This document shows, one piece after another, positions 40,411 through 53,754 of a DNA stretch of 64,000 nucleotides (position 1 is the stretch's first letter; each line of letters starts with the position of its first letter). The notes under the pieces were generated by a model, which saw only the letters and a program-made list of their open reading frames with translations, made no database searches and had not been told where the DNA came from. The position numbers and the translations under genes were made by a program. Origin of the DNA: Camelus dromedarius (Eukaryota); the NCBI RefSeq assembly GCF_036321535.1, contig NC_087437.1:14820001-14884000 (forward strand), read 5' to 3'.

Positions 40411-40554
40411 CCTTCTGTCTTTTTCCAAGCTTGTACAAGATATGGTTACATCAGACATAACCATATTATAAACTGGATGCTCAGCTCTTGGGACACATCG
40501 CTGGTGGTGCATACAAAACATGACTACTTGAGGACCAACAATTCTGCAGCCAAG
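40411..40554 (-). CDS. TOPBP1: TOPBP1 exon 4 (144 nt)
   Basis: [48 protein letters not shown]; tag / gtaggt sites. Confidence 0.96.
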
Positions 40555-42056
40555 CTACAAAAAAAAAAAAGTTTAAATAAGTAGGAAAAGCCCTCCAGTC
40601 TTATAAAATTACATTTTGTAATATTTACCAATTCTTTATAGAAGTTAATGACCATGGGGAAAAAACCACCAAATTGTAACAAGAAAAACAAAAATGAAGA
40701 CCATTATATAATTCCTCACACATAACACATGTTAACATACACACCCAAGCAAACCAAACAATGTAGGCTATCAAAAGAAATAAGCTCCAAAAGCCACACT
40801 TACTTAAAACTGGCATTAAGCTGCCATTAAATCTCTGAAACAAACACAATTTTAATGACAGGTGATATGAATAATAAATTTATGCTGTAATAATTAGGAA
40901 ATCTCTACATTTACTTTTCAAATGAAGCACCCAGCCAATGAAGCAGTTTAAAATTATAACAGCCCAAATAATCCTCCTCTAAAATACCTATTGTATTACC
41001 AAAAAAAGTATAATCCTAGGCATTTTCTACATTAAAAAAAGAATATTTTGTCCACAACTTAATGTCTTCCCAAGGAAGACCCACAATGACTTCTCCTAAG
41101 ATACTGCAGGTTACTCAAAAAATGACCTTTCATTTTCATTGATAATTGAGAAAGGTGACAGTCTTGCTTGACATCAGCACATCCAAGCCAGACTAAAAGC
41201 CTACAGTTGCCAAAGTCACCAAAGCATGACTAATTTAAAAATCTACAGGGGAAGTGACTGTTGCTATCTTTTTGGTCAGTCATAAGAAAAGTGAGATTTT
41301 GATGCTATTGATTCTATCTGACAAGCCAGTGTTATTTGCAAAAGGAGGGTGAGACCAGCAATGCTTCTGGCAAAGGTGGGCACAGACCTTCCGTATACTG
41401 CACAGACAGTACTGCATCTACCTACTCTTCTATGTTTTCTTCTCCTTCAAACAAGAATCACTTCTTTGTAATCTGAATGGAATTACAGCCAGTTTACTTT
41501 TATTTCAATGCTTCTCTCTTGTCCAGACACCAAAAAAGTAATGAGTCAGTAGACTCTAGAATCAACAGAAAGAAATAAGATGGCTCATTGGTATATTAGC
41601 AATGCTCATCCCCGAAATGATTCCTTTCAGCATATAATTTTTCAGACCCTATACAAGGTACACGTACTAAAATTCAAGTGCACATAGGTAAGACAGTAAG
41701 TAACCAAGCATTATGTTGAAGTCTTTTCCTATTCTTTATTATTTTTCCTTGATATTTCTTGTAATCAAACTGAATGTAAGTATAGTAGAACTTCATCAAT
41801 AAAATGCTTCATTACTATTGGGTTAACTTACACTCAATGAAGCTAAATTCCCTGAAATATAAAAATTGCATATTAACCAAAGACTACTGTAACATGATTA
41901 ACCTTTAAAAATACTATTCTGGGCTTCCAAAACCAAAAGATTTCCTGTATTCATAATTTGCAAAATATTTCATGATCAGTAAAGAACTTATGTTCACTGA
42001 AACAAAAACAAACCAAAATAACAGGCCACTGAAGGAATACACTAAAGTGAGCAAAC

Positions 42057-42191
42057 CTTTCTGAGATGATCAAAGACAATGCCACTAAAAGGGTCACAGA
42101 TATAAAGTGATCTATCATTCTCCTTTATCTTCAATGCCTCTTCTTCTGTAATAATCTGAAGATATTCTTCTGACTGGAACTCTTTTATTGA
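42057..42191 (-). CDS. TOPBP1: TOPBP1 exon 3 (135 nt)
   Basis: SIKEFQSEEYLQIITEEEALKIKENDRSLYICDPFSGIVFDHLRK; cag / gtttgc sites. Confidence 0.96.
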
Positions 42192-42249
42192 CTGAAAGAA
42201 AAAATGAAATAATGCATCTAAAATTATTTACCTGTATTTATGTCCTATG

Positions 42250-43562
42250 AACTCCATCTTCAAAGTCCATCTCAAATCCAGCCCTTATCCTATTGAAAGC
42301 AACTGTCATCTCTCACTAGACCTCTGCAGAAATCTCCAAAGTGGTTCCTTCTCCATCCCTTGTCCTAACTCTGTTCTCTACACAGAGTTAATCTTTTCAA
42401 CAATACAAATCAGGCCATGTCACTCTGCTCAAAACCTCCCATAGCTTTTGACCACTCAGAATAAAATCCAAATTTCTTACAGTGGCCTACAAGACCACAG
42501 GGTCTGGCCCCTGCCTGTCTCCAGCACTTACCTTCTACCTCTCATCCCTTTGGCTCACTCTCCTCTAGCCACTCCTGTTTTCTTGCTAGGCCTGAACAAG
42601 CTAAACATGATCTCAATTAGATGCTTTGTCTTGTTCCTGCTGCCTGGAACACTCTTCTCCCAGGACTTCCCCTGACTTGATCTCTCACTTCAATCAGATC
42701 TGCTCAATGTCACCTCCTCAGAGATGCCTTTCCTGATCATACTTTCTAAAATACTTTTTCTCTATCCCTCTAATGTATTTTATGAAGAAAAATAACATTG
42801 ATATCACATATAGCTATAGTTTTTGTCTCTCTCCCTTATAAGAATGAAAGTTTCATGATCTATCTTGTTTGCCAACATATCCTGGCTCCCAGTAAGCACT
42901 CAAATATTTTCTGAGCAAATGTTGGAAGTCCTATGTTAAATACTTAGTGATCCTTTCAAAACCATTAACTCAGATCACGTTACTCCTCTGATTAAAACCC
43001 TCCACTGGCTCATCATCTCACTGGAAGAAAAAGCTGAAGTCCTTACAATGGCCCACAAGGCCCACATGACCTCTCTACTCTCCTCTCTGAAGCACACCTT
43101 AACCTTCTTCCTCCATCCCTTGCTCACTACACCACAGCCACACTCGTGTTGGATAGACAATGTAAGCACTTTCCCAGGGGCCTGTGTATGATTGTCCCCT
43201 CTGTCTTGAAAACTTCCCTAGATATCTGCATTGCTCATTATCTCATCTGCTCCAAGAGTACTCAAATATTGTCTTCTCCGTAAAGTCTACCCTGATCACA
43301 TTCTACTTAAAATAAATTGTAATTTTCCCTTCTCTATCTAAAATACTCTCCTTTAACCTGTTTTGCTTTTCTCTTCCCACAGCACTTAGCACTTTTAACA
43401 TACTATACAGTTTACTCATTTACATGTCTGATTAATGCCTATTTCCTCCTGCTAGAACTTAGAATGTAAGTTCTAAGAAAGTATAGATCTTTGCCTGCTC
43501 TGATCACTGATGTATCCCAAGTACTAGAATACCGCTTATCAGACGATTTACTGAAGGAGTGA
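42250..43562 (+). mobile_element. Two tandem LINE-2 3' fragments
   Basis: L2 motifs (ccatgtcactctgctcaaaacctcc; tcacctcctcagagatgcctttcctga; agaatgtaagttc) occur twice, ending at ~42925 and ~43562. Confidence 0.7.
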
Positions 43563-44097
43563 ACCTTCAAAGAAAAACCTGCTACAACAGTGTTTCTTAA
43601 ACTTTAATGTGCAAAGGATCTTGTTAAAAAGCAGATTCTAATTGGTAATTCTGAGCTGGGACCCAACTTTCAGGCCATGGTGATGCTGCTGGGGTCTGTG
43701 AGTAGCAAGGCTCTACGCTACCCCTATATTCTCCCATAATACACTGTACATAATGAAACTTTAAACAATTAACAAAAGTAATGAAGGGTAACAAATACAG
43801 GACCAACTCAAATTTTTCAACACACAAAGGTCTATGAGTAATAGACAAAACAACTTAATTTCCAAGAACAGCTGGTCCACCACTTTCAATAGAAATGTTA
43901 TTAAGATTGCAAGCCTCTGCCAATACATAATATGTCAATTTAAAAATGTGTAACAATGATATCTCTCCTAATGTAGACTACAGTAAAACTATTAAGAAAA
44001 TTAAATAACTGCGTAAGACATATAAGGCCAAATAAATCAAGAGCACCAAAACAAGAAAATTCACAGCATCAAACAAGACGTTTTCAAGAATTCTTAC

Positions 44098-44181
44098 CTC
44101 AAGAGCTTTAAAAAAACATTCGGAATTGTCTGACGACTTTAAAAACTTCACAAAAAACGGTTCTTTGTCATTTTTGGACAT
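44098..44181 (-). CDS. TOPBP1: TOPBP1 exon 2, coding part (start codon; exon begins at 44188)
   Basis: MSKNDKEPFFVKFLKSSDNSECFFKALE; ccag|ttcaaaaATG acceptor, gtaaga donor. Confidence 0.96.
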
Positions 44182-44599
44182 TTTTGAACTGGCAAAATAA
44201 AGGAACCATTAATAAGAGCAAAAACGCATTACATATGAAGTTAAATGTTTAAAGCAACTATTTTTCTGCACAGGTAAGAACGCCTATGAACAAACATTCT
44301 GGTCTTGCCCGTGAATTCGTCCATTACAGTTTGTAAACACCAGAAGGTGGGCAAAGTCAAGGAAAAAGATGACAACACCAATCTTTGCAAATCAGAGGAC
44401 GAAATTAAGGTCGCTAAATTGAATACATCGAGGGCCTATGCTCTGAGGCTCTAAGTCCCCTAGGCCTATGGACATTCAATTGCACTTAGCTCAAGGATGC
44501 TCAGAACGAAAAGGTCCCTGTGGGTATCCGTGGACCCCGCTTATTCAGCTCTCAGTAAACAGACTTTAAATATAAACAGGAAAATCAGCGAGCAAAGTC

Positions 44600-45200
44600 A
44601 TGCCTCCTAAAAGGTCGGACGCTCTTGCTCCCCTGGTCCCAGGCAAAGGCCCGGCTCTCCATCCAGCCGCAGCCACGTCCTCTCTCACGTCTAAGTCCCA
44701 CCCGCTGGTCCGGGAGCCGTTTACAGGGTTGAGAAACCTCGGCCCCGAAGGCCAGAGGCGGCGTCGCGACTCCCTGGAGGGTGGGGCTGGAGCTGCGTCC
44801 TCTCTACAAGCCTCACTCACCTCGGTGGAGCCTGGGAGTCTCCCGGCTGTGAGTCGGGGGGCGCGCGGCCCGAGGGACGGCGGCTGGGGTCGGGCGCCAG
44901 CCCGGCGCACACCCGCCGCACCCGGCGGCGCCCCCGGCCCCGAAGTAGGCTCAGACCCGGAAATTGCCGAACCCCGAACCGACTTTCGCGCCAACCGCGC
45001 GGACGTGCCCGCCTCTTCCGGCGGAAGTGACGCCGTGGTAGCTGCGGGAGAGGGCGGAGTTGTCCACTTGCTGTGGAGCGGTGCCCGCGGGAATGGAGTG
45101 GTGCAGCCGGCCGTGGCGTCCCGGGAAGGCTAGGGCTAGAGCCTCTGGGTTTATGGCTTGTAAGGGCGGACCTGGGCTCTGTTGGGAGTTCGACAAGCGC
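44600..45200. promoter_or_regulatory. CpG-island promoter of TOPBP1 with E2F, ETS, half-CRE and GC-box sites
   Basis: High GC and CpG; TTTCGCGCC at 44984-44992, CCGGAAAT at 44957-44964, CTTCCG-G-CGGAAGTGACG at 45015-45032, GGGCGG near 45052. Confidence 0.85.
44821..45030 (-). other. TOPBP1: TOPBP1 non-coding exon 1 (5' end approximate)
   Basis: Strong donor GAG|gtgagt at 44821/44820 inside the CpG island; no upstream ATG seen. Confidence 0.75.
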
Positions 45201-45825
45201 CCATGGCTAGAAGAGGCCCTAACACATCCAAAAAATAAAGTCAGGGAAAAGAGAGATTCCTCAATAAATATTTTACAACGAGAAACTATATTATCATTCA
45301 AAACAGCTCTGTGAGGCAAATGGTGGTATCTCCATTTTACAGATGTAAAAACTGACGCTTAGAGAAATTAAACGATGTGTTTAAGGTCTCAGTGAGTGTT
45401 AGTATTAAGACAGCATCCAAGTCTTTTTGACTCCAAGGGCTGGCGGACTGGATTCTTTTTCCTCCAATAAAGAACGAACGTGCTCACCTGCTCACCAGCT
45501 ACCACAGCCAAGAGATCTAAGGAGAAGAAAGATGTCAGGGTGACGCGAAAGAGTTCTTTCCCAAGGTCTTCAGTGGTTCCCCTGCCCCAAACCTTTTCAG
45601 TGAGCATCCCATTTTCCTGCTGTGTAACACCACGAGTGTTGGGCATATTCTAGGATGGAACCTAATGTTCAAATAACAAAAATCAGGGAGAGGAAGTAAA
45701 GAAGAACTACAGAATCTTGGCTTGTTGACGGCCAATGACAAACTGCTGCGTTCACATTTCTCCTCATTTTATTCTTGACTACTGAGGTTAAGAAGATTAT
45801 GACTCTGCTTGAGTAATGTAAGTTT

Positions 45826-45953
45826 ATTTTTTTATTTTTTTTTATTGAAGTATAGTCAGAAACAATGTGTCAATTTCTGGTGTACAACATAATGTCTCAG
45901 TCGTACATATATATACATATATCCATTTTCATATTCTTTTTCATTAAAGGTTA
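45826..45953 (-). mobile_element. Short L1 3' end
   Basis: T-tail then attgaagtatagtcag...ctggtgtacaacataatg; agtaatgt on both flanks. Confidence 0.75.
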
Positions 45954-45989
45954 AGTAATGTGAGAGTTTAATCCTCTGTGCCTTGATTG

Positions 45990-46048
45990 TTTTTCTTTTT
46001 CTTTTTCTTTTTCTTTTTCTTTTTCTTTTTCTTTTTCTTTTTCTTTTT
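45990..46048. repeat. (TTTTTC)n microsatellite
   Basis: Read directly from the sequence. Confidence 0.95.
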
Positions 46049-46821
46049 AGAGTCTCAATATGGCAAAGAACAGCTTGGATCTAAGTGTGTAAACACACCC
46101 ACGGAAGGTGAGTCAGAATCAGTGACACTGTGGCTTAAAGGTAAAGGCCTCTTGTCGGGGAGAGGGTGAGGAAAACCTTACACATAAACGAAAGTTACTA
46201 GAGATGTGAAACAAAAAGAAGATCCTGCCACCAAGTTCATTGTGAGGAGGTAAGTCTGTGGTGAGCTGTGTAATAATAATTACTAATTCTTGGGTCCTTC
46301 ACAGTCGATAGAGGACTCCTGCTTGCACGTTCCTGCTCACTCTGCTCAGCAGTCTTCTAGCATGTGGCATCGTTGTCTGTGCCACATAGATGGGAAAGTG
46401 AGGCTCAGGGACTGTGTAACTTGCCCAGGGCCACACAGCCAGGAAGTGGCGGCACCTGGGCTTGAGCAGAGGTCGCATGACTGGAAACCCAGTGCCCCTG
46501 CTGAGCCCCCAGGGTGCTCCCCGGCACGTGCTGCCACCCGTCTCTGCACGGAGGTCAGCACGGCAGGCAGGAGCCTGCCCCTGACTTGCCTGGTGCCATG
46601 TGGAAGCCTCACGGGAGGAGGAGAGTCGTAGGTGCTGCTAAAGAAGAGGAGGGAAATGATATCAACCCTTTAGCTTTTAGTGACTGGCTTTAAAAAGCAG
46701 GGAGTCGACCTCATCTGTAAAATAGGAGACCAGATGAGAGGGTCTCCCGTTTGTGTCTCTACATGGGCAGAGACGGTCTGTGTCTGTCTCCGAGGTACCT
46801 AGTCTGGGGCATTAGCTGGAG

Positions 46822-46992
46822 CACTGGTTCTCTACCTGCTGTGGTGCAGGGACCAGGAGCATCAGCATCACCTGAGAACTTGTAGAAATGAACATTCTTG
46901 AGCTCAACCCCACATCTACTGAGTCCATTGATCTGAGTTTAACAAGCCCCTCAGACTGGCTCTGATGCATGTTACTTTGCCTGAATAGCAGT
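46822..46992. mobile_element. MER5A-like hAT MITE
   Basis: gaccaggagcatcagcatcacctgagaacttgtagaaatg...tttaacaagccc. Confidence 0.7.
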
Positions 46993-49719
46993 TCCTTAGT
47001 AAAGGATGAAAGTCGTTATATGGGTTTTGGTCCATGAAGATTTTGTTGAAAATGGGGAATCGTTGTGATGTGCCCTCAGGAAGCTGCCTCCGAAGTTGGG
47101 GTCTGGGGATTAACTTTCCCCTCCCCTCCCTGGCATTCAGGGCCACCCCTCTGTTTCTTTGACACTTCTGTCACCTAGGGCCAGACACTCCAGACCCTGC
47201 TTGGAGTAAGTTTAAAGGGAACTTTATCTGTTTGTAGAATAAGAAAATACAGGAAACAAATAAGACAAAATAGTTACTTTTAAAATACGAATGGTAGGAA
47301 TATGAGTAGTTCTTGTTATATTTTGCTACATAGATAAGATTTCTGAAAACCAAAAAATAAGCTAAAAATAGGTTTTTTTCCAGGGATTGAGTTTTACATT
47401 TGTTTCCAGTGCTGTATGCAAAGAAATGTGTAAAAATAAGGGGATATATAATTTTTGAAATGAGATTAGTAATGATCTTTATTGCTACAGAAATAGTCTT
47501 TGTAGTGGCAAAATATTTAATGAAACTGTTGTCTTCAGTACCTGGAAGGTAGGAGGGTAATGGGAAAGGAGACCTCAGTAGGCCTACTGGGTCTGCTGAA
47601 ATGTAGGGAAGAGCAGGTAAAATAGAATGTCAGCAACATGTGTTGGTTGCTTTGGCTACTCAGAAGAATTGGCTTGCTTGCACACAAAAAATAAAAGGGA
47701 ATTAAAAAATTCAAACCTGTGGGGTTTTGCAAGATTAGAAAAGCTGACTACATCAAGGCCCCCAAAACAAGAGATAAACCTTTGCACAGCAAACGTCCAT
47801 TACAACCCATCCATGTGGAAATGATCTTGTAAAGAGTTTGGTCCTCCCATCCAAGCTGGGTAGGCACTATCAATTGAGAGAGAGTCTTGAAAATGAGTCC
47901 AGGAGAGAACGGTGGGTGTGGCTACTACTGTAGGGGAACAGCTCTGCCGTGGCTTCCTGACGACCCTGCACACACCCATATAGGCAAAGGTTGGAGTTGC
48001 AGCACATCTGAGCCCCAGCCAAACACCCTGTGATTCTGCTGGAATATGAGAGGATGGAGGCCACCTCCCAACCGTCTTCCTGGCTCCTCTAGGAGGCTGT
48101 CATCAGATAGTTTTCATCACCTCCCAGATTCTGCTGAGGTGTGGGGCTTCCTGCACCACTCCCCCCAGAACAGAGCTGCAGAGTATAAAAGCACTTAGCT
48201 GCCATCTAGATTTGGCTCCCCAGCCATGGGGTTTCCCACAACTCAAGTTGTAGTCACCAGCCCCTTTTCTTTGGTGTCATCCTTTTTGGTGTGTGGGAGA
48301 TGGTACTTTTGGCTTCTTTTTTTTTTTTTTTTTTTGCTATCTATGGAAGTAACAAGTGATCTAAATCTAAAAGTGTCTCATGTATCTTCTCACCATCAGG
48401 CCTTGGCCTTGTCTTTTATGTGTGAAGTAGAAGACCACCACATGAAACTGACTGGGAGCAAAAAGATCTGAAGGTGACTAAGGTTGTGAGATCATTGTTT
48501 TGTAAAGAAAACCAGAAATCTGGAGTGTTCGAACTTTGATACAGTCTTCAAGCTTGCATAGTAGGAAGTGGGTGAAAAGTCATACAGCCCCCGAGGAGCA
48601 CAGACTCCTCAGTAGCCCATCCAGACCTGGCTAGAGAAGGGAGTGGAAAAGTAGGTCCTCCCAGAGGGGGCTGCCAGGACCTTGGAGAGCAATGAGCGAA
48701 GGAACTACTTTCAGAGAGCAGAGGAACCACCCCACCTGATTAATTCACATGCCTGCCCAGTAGGACTTCAAAGCTGATACTGACCAGGAGTAGCTCCCGG
48801 TCTCCACCCCTCCCCTTTATGAAATGGAGTTTTATTGTTGTTATTCTGTCCCTGCTCCACCACTGTATGTTACGTATGCGATTGTACAGAGGTGAGGGGT
48901 GGGCAGCTGCTGGTCTTTTTAGTCCATATGTCACTGGACCGTGTGGTGGATTCTGGCAGAGACCATGGAGCAGACCCTTAGTATCCCATACGTATCCGTC
49001 AACCTCACCCCTCACAGGCACACTGGGAAACTTCCAACTGCCAGAACCTGTGTTTTTTTTTTTTTTTTTTTTGCATGCAGGCATTCTCTGACACCAGGAG
49101 TCTGCTTTGCCACCTGCACAGAAGGCAGGGAGGCAGGGGATTTATGGCCCATGGGAAAAACTCTCAATGACTGGCAGGAGTTGGTGTATGAAGGCTCTTG
49201 TTTGCCAGCCCCTTGGTTGGGATATTCTACCCTGGTTCCCAGAGTTTCCCCAGTGGAATTAAGCCCCAGGCTCCATAGTGGTAACTGACTTGTCCATACA
49301 TCCTTTGGATGCCTTCTTATCTCTGTCTTACTTCCCATTCTCTAACCTGTGTTTCTATACTTACCAAATAAAACATTTGAAAAGTCTTGTCTAAAAGTGT
49401 GTTTTCTGGAGGAACTGAAACTAAGATAAAAGACCCAAGACATGTGCCTCTCCCTCATAGTATATGTTGTTGCTGGGGAAAAAAAAAAAATTGCCCAGCT
49501 AGGGATTCCGGTTCCTATCCTGTTTGCATCTAGGTGGGGTCAAGTGACTGAGCTATACCCAATGTAATAAAAGTAGAAGTGATGTTTATCACTTCCAAGC
49601 TTGGTCCACGCAAACCTCTTACACTGCCTCCCACACTTCTATTTCTAGATGTCAACGTGTATGTTGGCAGTCTCGGAAACCACACGTTGAAAATGACGGA
49701 GCAAAAATCACAGCCTGGA

Positions 49720-51682
49720 GTGTGCTGTGGTCCCGAAGAGGGTCCCTCCTTGGTGCGGACTGGGGAGCAGCCGGGGTCTGGGAAGGTCAGCCAGCCCCCC
49801 AACCCCACAGGTCTGATGTCTCCACTTCCACCCACAGGCCTTACTGCTCTGTTTACAGTGACCTGCCCCAGGCCCCTCCCCTAGAGGGCATGGGGTTTCA
49901 GAGGTCCACCCTCTGGGTCAGTGGTTATTTGATTTGATTTTTTTTTCTTTTTTTTTTTTCCTCTTTAAACTTATAATCTGGCTTCCCCCCCCCCACTTCA
50001 ATTCCTGTGATTTTTTTTTAACATTTTTTATTGATTTATAATCATTTTACAATGTTGGGTCAAATTCCAGTGTTCAGCACAATTTTTCAGTTATTCATGG
50101 ACATATACACACTCATTGTCACCTTTTTTTCTCTGTGAGTTATCATAACATTTTGTGTATATTTCCCTGTGCTATACAGTGTAGTCTATTCTACAATTTT
50201 GAAATCCCAGTCTATCCCTTCCCACCCTCCACCCCCCTCATAACCACAAGTCTGTATTCTCTGTCTGTGAGTCTATTTCTGTCCTTTATTTACGCTTTGT
50301 TTTTGTTTGTTTGTTTTTGTTTTTGTTTTTTAGATTCCACATATGAGCGATCTCATATGGTATTTTTCTTTCTCTTTCTGGCTTACTTCACTTAGAATGA
50401 CATTCTCCAGGAGCATCCATGTTGCTACAAATGGCATTATGTTGTCGGTTTTTATGGCTGAGTAGTATTCCATTGTATAAATATACCACATCTTCTTTAT
50501 CCAGTCACCAGTTGATGGACATTTAGGCTGTTTCCATGTTTTGGCTATTGTAAATAGTGCTGCTATGAACATTGGGGTGCAGGTGTCATCCTGAAGTAGA
50601 TTTCCTTCTGGATACAAGCCCAGGAGTGGGATTCCTGGGTCATATGGTAAGTTTATTCCTAGTCTTTTGAGGAATCTCCACACTGTTTTCCATAGTGGCT
50701 GCACCAAACTGCATTCCCACCAGCAGTGTAGGAGGGTTCCCCTTTCTCCACAGCCTCTCCAGCATTTGTCATTTGTGGATTTTTGAATGACGGCCACTCT
50801 GACTGGTGTGAGGTGATACCTCACTGTAGTTTTGATTTGCATTTCTCTGATAATTAGTGATATTGAGCATTTTTTCATGTGCTTTTTGATCATTTGTATG
50901 TCTTCCTTGGAGAATTGCTTGTTTAGGTCTTCTGCCCATTTTTGGATTGGGTTGTTTATTTTTTTCTTATTGAGTCGTATGAGCTGCTTATATATTCTGG
51001 AGATCAAGCCTTTGTTGGTTTCACTTGCAAAAATTTTCTCCCATTCCATAGGTTTTCTTCTTGTTTTATTTCTGGTTTCCTTTGCTGTGCAGAAGCTTGT
51101 AAGTTTCATTAGGTCCCATTTGTTTATTCTTGCTTTTATTTCTTCTAGGAGAAAATTTTTGAGATGTATGTCAGATAATGTTTTGCCTATGTTTTCCTCT
51201 AGGAGGTTTATTGTATCTTGTCTTATGTTTAAGTCTTTAATCCATTTTGAGTTGATTTTTGTATATGGTGTAAGGGAGTGTTCTAGCTTCATTGTTTTAC
51301 ATGCTGCTGTCCAGTTTTCCCAACACCATTTGCTGAAGAGACTGTCTTTATTCCAATGTATATTCTTGCCTCCTTTGTCAAAGATGAGTTGATCAGAAGT
51401 TTGTGGGTTCATTTCTGGGCTCTCTATTCTGTTCCATTGGTCTATATGTCTGTTTTGGTACCAATACCATGCTGTCTTGATGACTGTAGCTCTATAGTAT
51501 TGTCTGAAGTCTGGGAGAGTTATTCCTCCAGCCTCTTTCTTTCTCTTCAGTAATGCTTTGGCAATTCTAGGTCTTTGATGGTTCCATATGAATTTTATTA
51601 TGATTTTTTCTAGTTCTGTGAAATATGTCCTGGGCAATTCCTGTGATTTATGACAATAAAGTTTGCCATTATTTAAAAAAAA
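49720..51682 (+). pseudogene. Retrocopy of an unidentified mRNA 3' end (~330 nt: 49720-50013 plus 51650-51682), split by L1
   Basis: GC-rich UTR-like sequence, AATAAA at 51655-51660, A8 at 51675-51682, flanking repeat cagcctgga at 49711-49719 and 51689-51697. Confidence 0.6.
50014..51634 (-). mobile_element. Young 5'-truncated LINE-1 (ORF2 C-terminus plus 3' UTR)
   Basis: Stop-free 435-aa ORF2 C-terminal frame with [18 protein letters not shown] zinc knuckle; perfect 15-bp TSD caattcctgtgattt at 49999-50013 and 51635-51649. Confidence 0.97.
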
Positions 51683-51989
51683 TTCTCTCAGCCTGGATGT
51701 CTGAATAACTGACCAGAGCTATGAAGGTGAACTCCCCACCACTGCCTCTCCAGCAAATCACCACCACTGCTGTCGACTGGGCATTATATTTGCAAGAAGC
51801 CAACCTCTGTTAGGTTAAACTGTTGAGATTAGGGGTTTTGTGACAGCAACCAGTAGCAACCTAGTCAATTCTGAAGTCAACAGGGTTTAAACAAATGTGT
51901 TGCCACTTCAGAAGGTAGTCTTGGTTATCACAGAGGCCCTTGGAAAAAGGAGAGAGTGAAATTGCTCCAGAGGCCACAGTGGGGAGGGC

Positions 51990-52175
51990 TGCCTAGCTTG
52001 AATGCTGGTTCTAACGTGTACTGCCTGTCTGACCTCGGGCAAGTTCCTCAACCTCTCTGTGCCTCATTTTCTTCCTGTATGAAATGGAGATGACGAGAGC
52101 ATCTCCCTCTTAGGGTTACTATAAATTAATATTTGGAAAGCACTTAGCTCAGTGCCTGGCACATCATTAATGATA
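51990..52175. mobile_element. MIR SINE
   Basis: gacctcgggcaagttcctcaacctctctgtgcctcattttcttcctgtatgaaatgg core. Confidence 0.7.
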
Positions 52176-53242
52176 AATTTACAAATTCCTGATTTTCCAA
52201 AATTCATCATGAAGTCTTTGAATTGTTTCCTACGGTAAAATCTTCTAAATTGCTCTGCTATTTATTGTGAGAGATTGTGCCCAAGCAACAGAGATGGCTC
52301 TAGCATGTGGGTGCCCTCCCTTTGCAGTATGACTCTGCCCTGGTACATAGGAAGTTTCCAGACTTTGCTCCGCAGAGGTCAGAAGGCACCTTGGCCTGTT
52401 GGATTTAGGCTGTTAGCTTTAGGTAGATCATCAACCTTAGGAGCAATGTTCACCTCTTGATCCTATTTGACTTTTGTCCACAGGCTTACAGAGATGATTG
52501 CTCAATCCACTTTTGAGACAATTCTTTATGTGCATTTATTCATCTATTTGATAACTTTTTGAGCCTTATATTATACCAGGCACTATTTTCCAACCTAGGA
52601 TTAGCATGTTGAACAAGAAAAATGCGGTCTCTGCTCTCACAGATACCTATTTCCTTTCATAGGTATGAATAAATGAAGAATTAGAGCAATTATAAGTGAG
52701 CCTAATAACTTGTGAAATTCATTCATTCAGTAACAATATGCTACAGTCTTGAAAAATAAAGATTAACAATGAGAAGCTAACATAGTCCTCACTTGTGCTT
52801 CTGTGATGGTGTGAAGTAGCTTGTGTAGGAACTGTGCTCGTATTGAATACATCTAGATGTCAATAAAGCACCGGAAAACATCTACTTAAGAGCATTAGAG
52901 ATTAGAGGTGCCAGATTTCTGGAAAAGGGAGGGGGTGACCCAGAGAGGTGAGATAGCATTCCGCAACCACATTTCCCTGGGGGAATTTGCCACTTCTGGG
53001 CACAGGGCAAGAGATATCTGGCTTTGCCTGAGCAAAAGGCCACTACTAGCAGAGCTTTGGCAATGTCAGGGCTGGAAAAACAGAATTGGAGGCCAGATCC
53101 CAATAAGAAGGGAGGTGCAGAGAGCTAAGCCTGACAAAAGACCAATTTTCCCCTTAAGATATTTGGCACAATTTGAAGCTTCATGGAATGGGAGGCAAAA
53201 ATTAATTCCACACCTTAGAGAGGTCCCAGAGACTATGCTGGG

Positions 53243-53754
53243 TGTGTTCGTCTCCTGTTGCTTCTGTAAAAAGCACCACAAATTTAGTGGCTTAAAGCAA
53301 ATTTATTATCTTACAGTTCTGTAGCCTGTAGGTCTGAAGTTTGAAATGGATCTCATTGGGCTAAACTCAAGGTGTCAGCAGGGTTGTGCACTCCTTTCTG
53401 AAGTCTCCACAGGAGAATCCATTTTCTTGCCTTTCCCTGCTTTAGAGCTGCTCACATTTCTTAGCTCGTGGCCCTACCCCCTTTCATCTTCAAAGCCAGC
53501 AAGTGTAGTCTTTCTTATATTGCCTCACTCAGACACACTTCTCCTTCCCTCTTCCACATTAAAAGACCCTTGTGATTACACTGACCCACCCATATAATTT
53601 AGGACCATCTCTTTATCCCCAAACTACCTGATTAACAACTTTAATTCCACCTGCAACCTTAATCCTCCCCTGCCATGTAACGTAACATATTCACTGTTCA
53701 TGGGATTAAGACATGGGCATCTTTGGGGGAAGGGCCATTTTTTTGCCCACCACC
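53243..53754 (-). mobile_element. MLT1C/D-like MaLR solo LTR
   Basis: caccacaaatttagtggcttaaa...atttattatcttacagttct...gggccattttttgcccaccac. Confidence 0.8.

Larger units (their letters stand above)
49490..51870 (+). mobile_element. MLT1 (MaLR) LTR split by nested insertions
   Basis: Left half ...gtgactgag...agaagtgatg...cacgttgaaaatgacggagc resumes after 51689 as cagcctggatgtctgaataact...gttaaactgttgagatt...tgacagca. Confidence 0.6.

Noticed and set aside
44566..45319. Overlapping 84-177 aa ORFs at the TOPBP1 promoter
   Set aside because: Stop-poor GC-rich CpG island; no recognisable protein.
50832..51392. 186-aa hydrophobic ORF on the plus strand
   Set aside because: It is the antisense frame of L1 ORF2, a common artefact.
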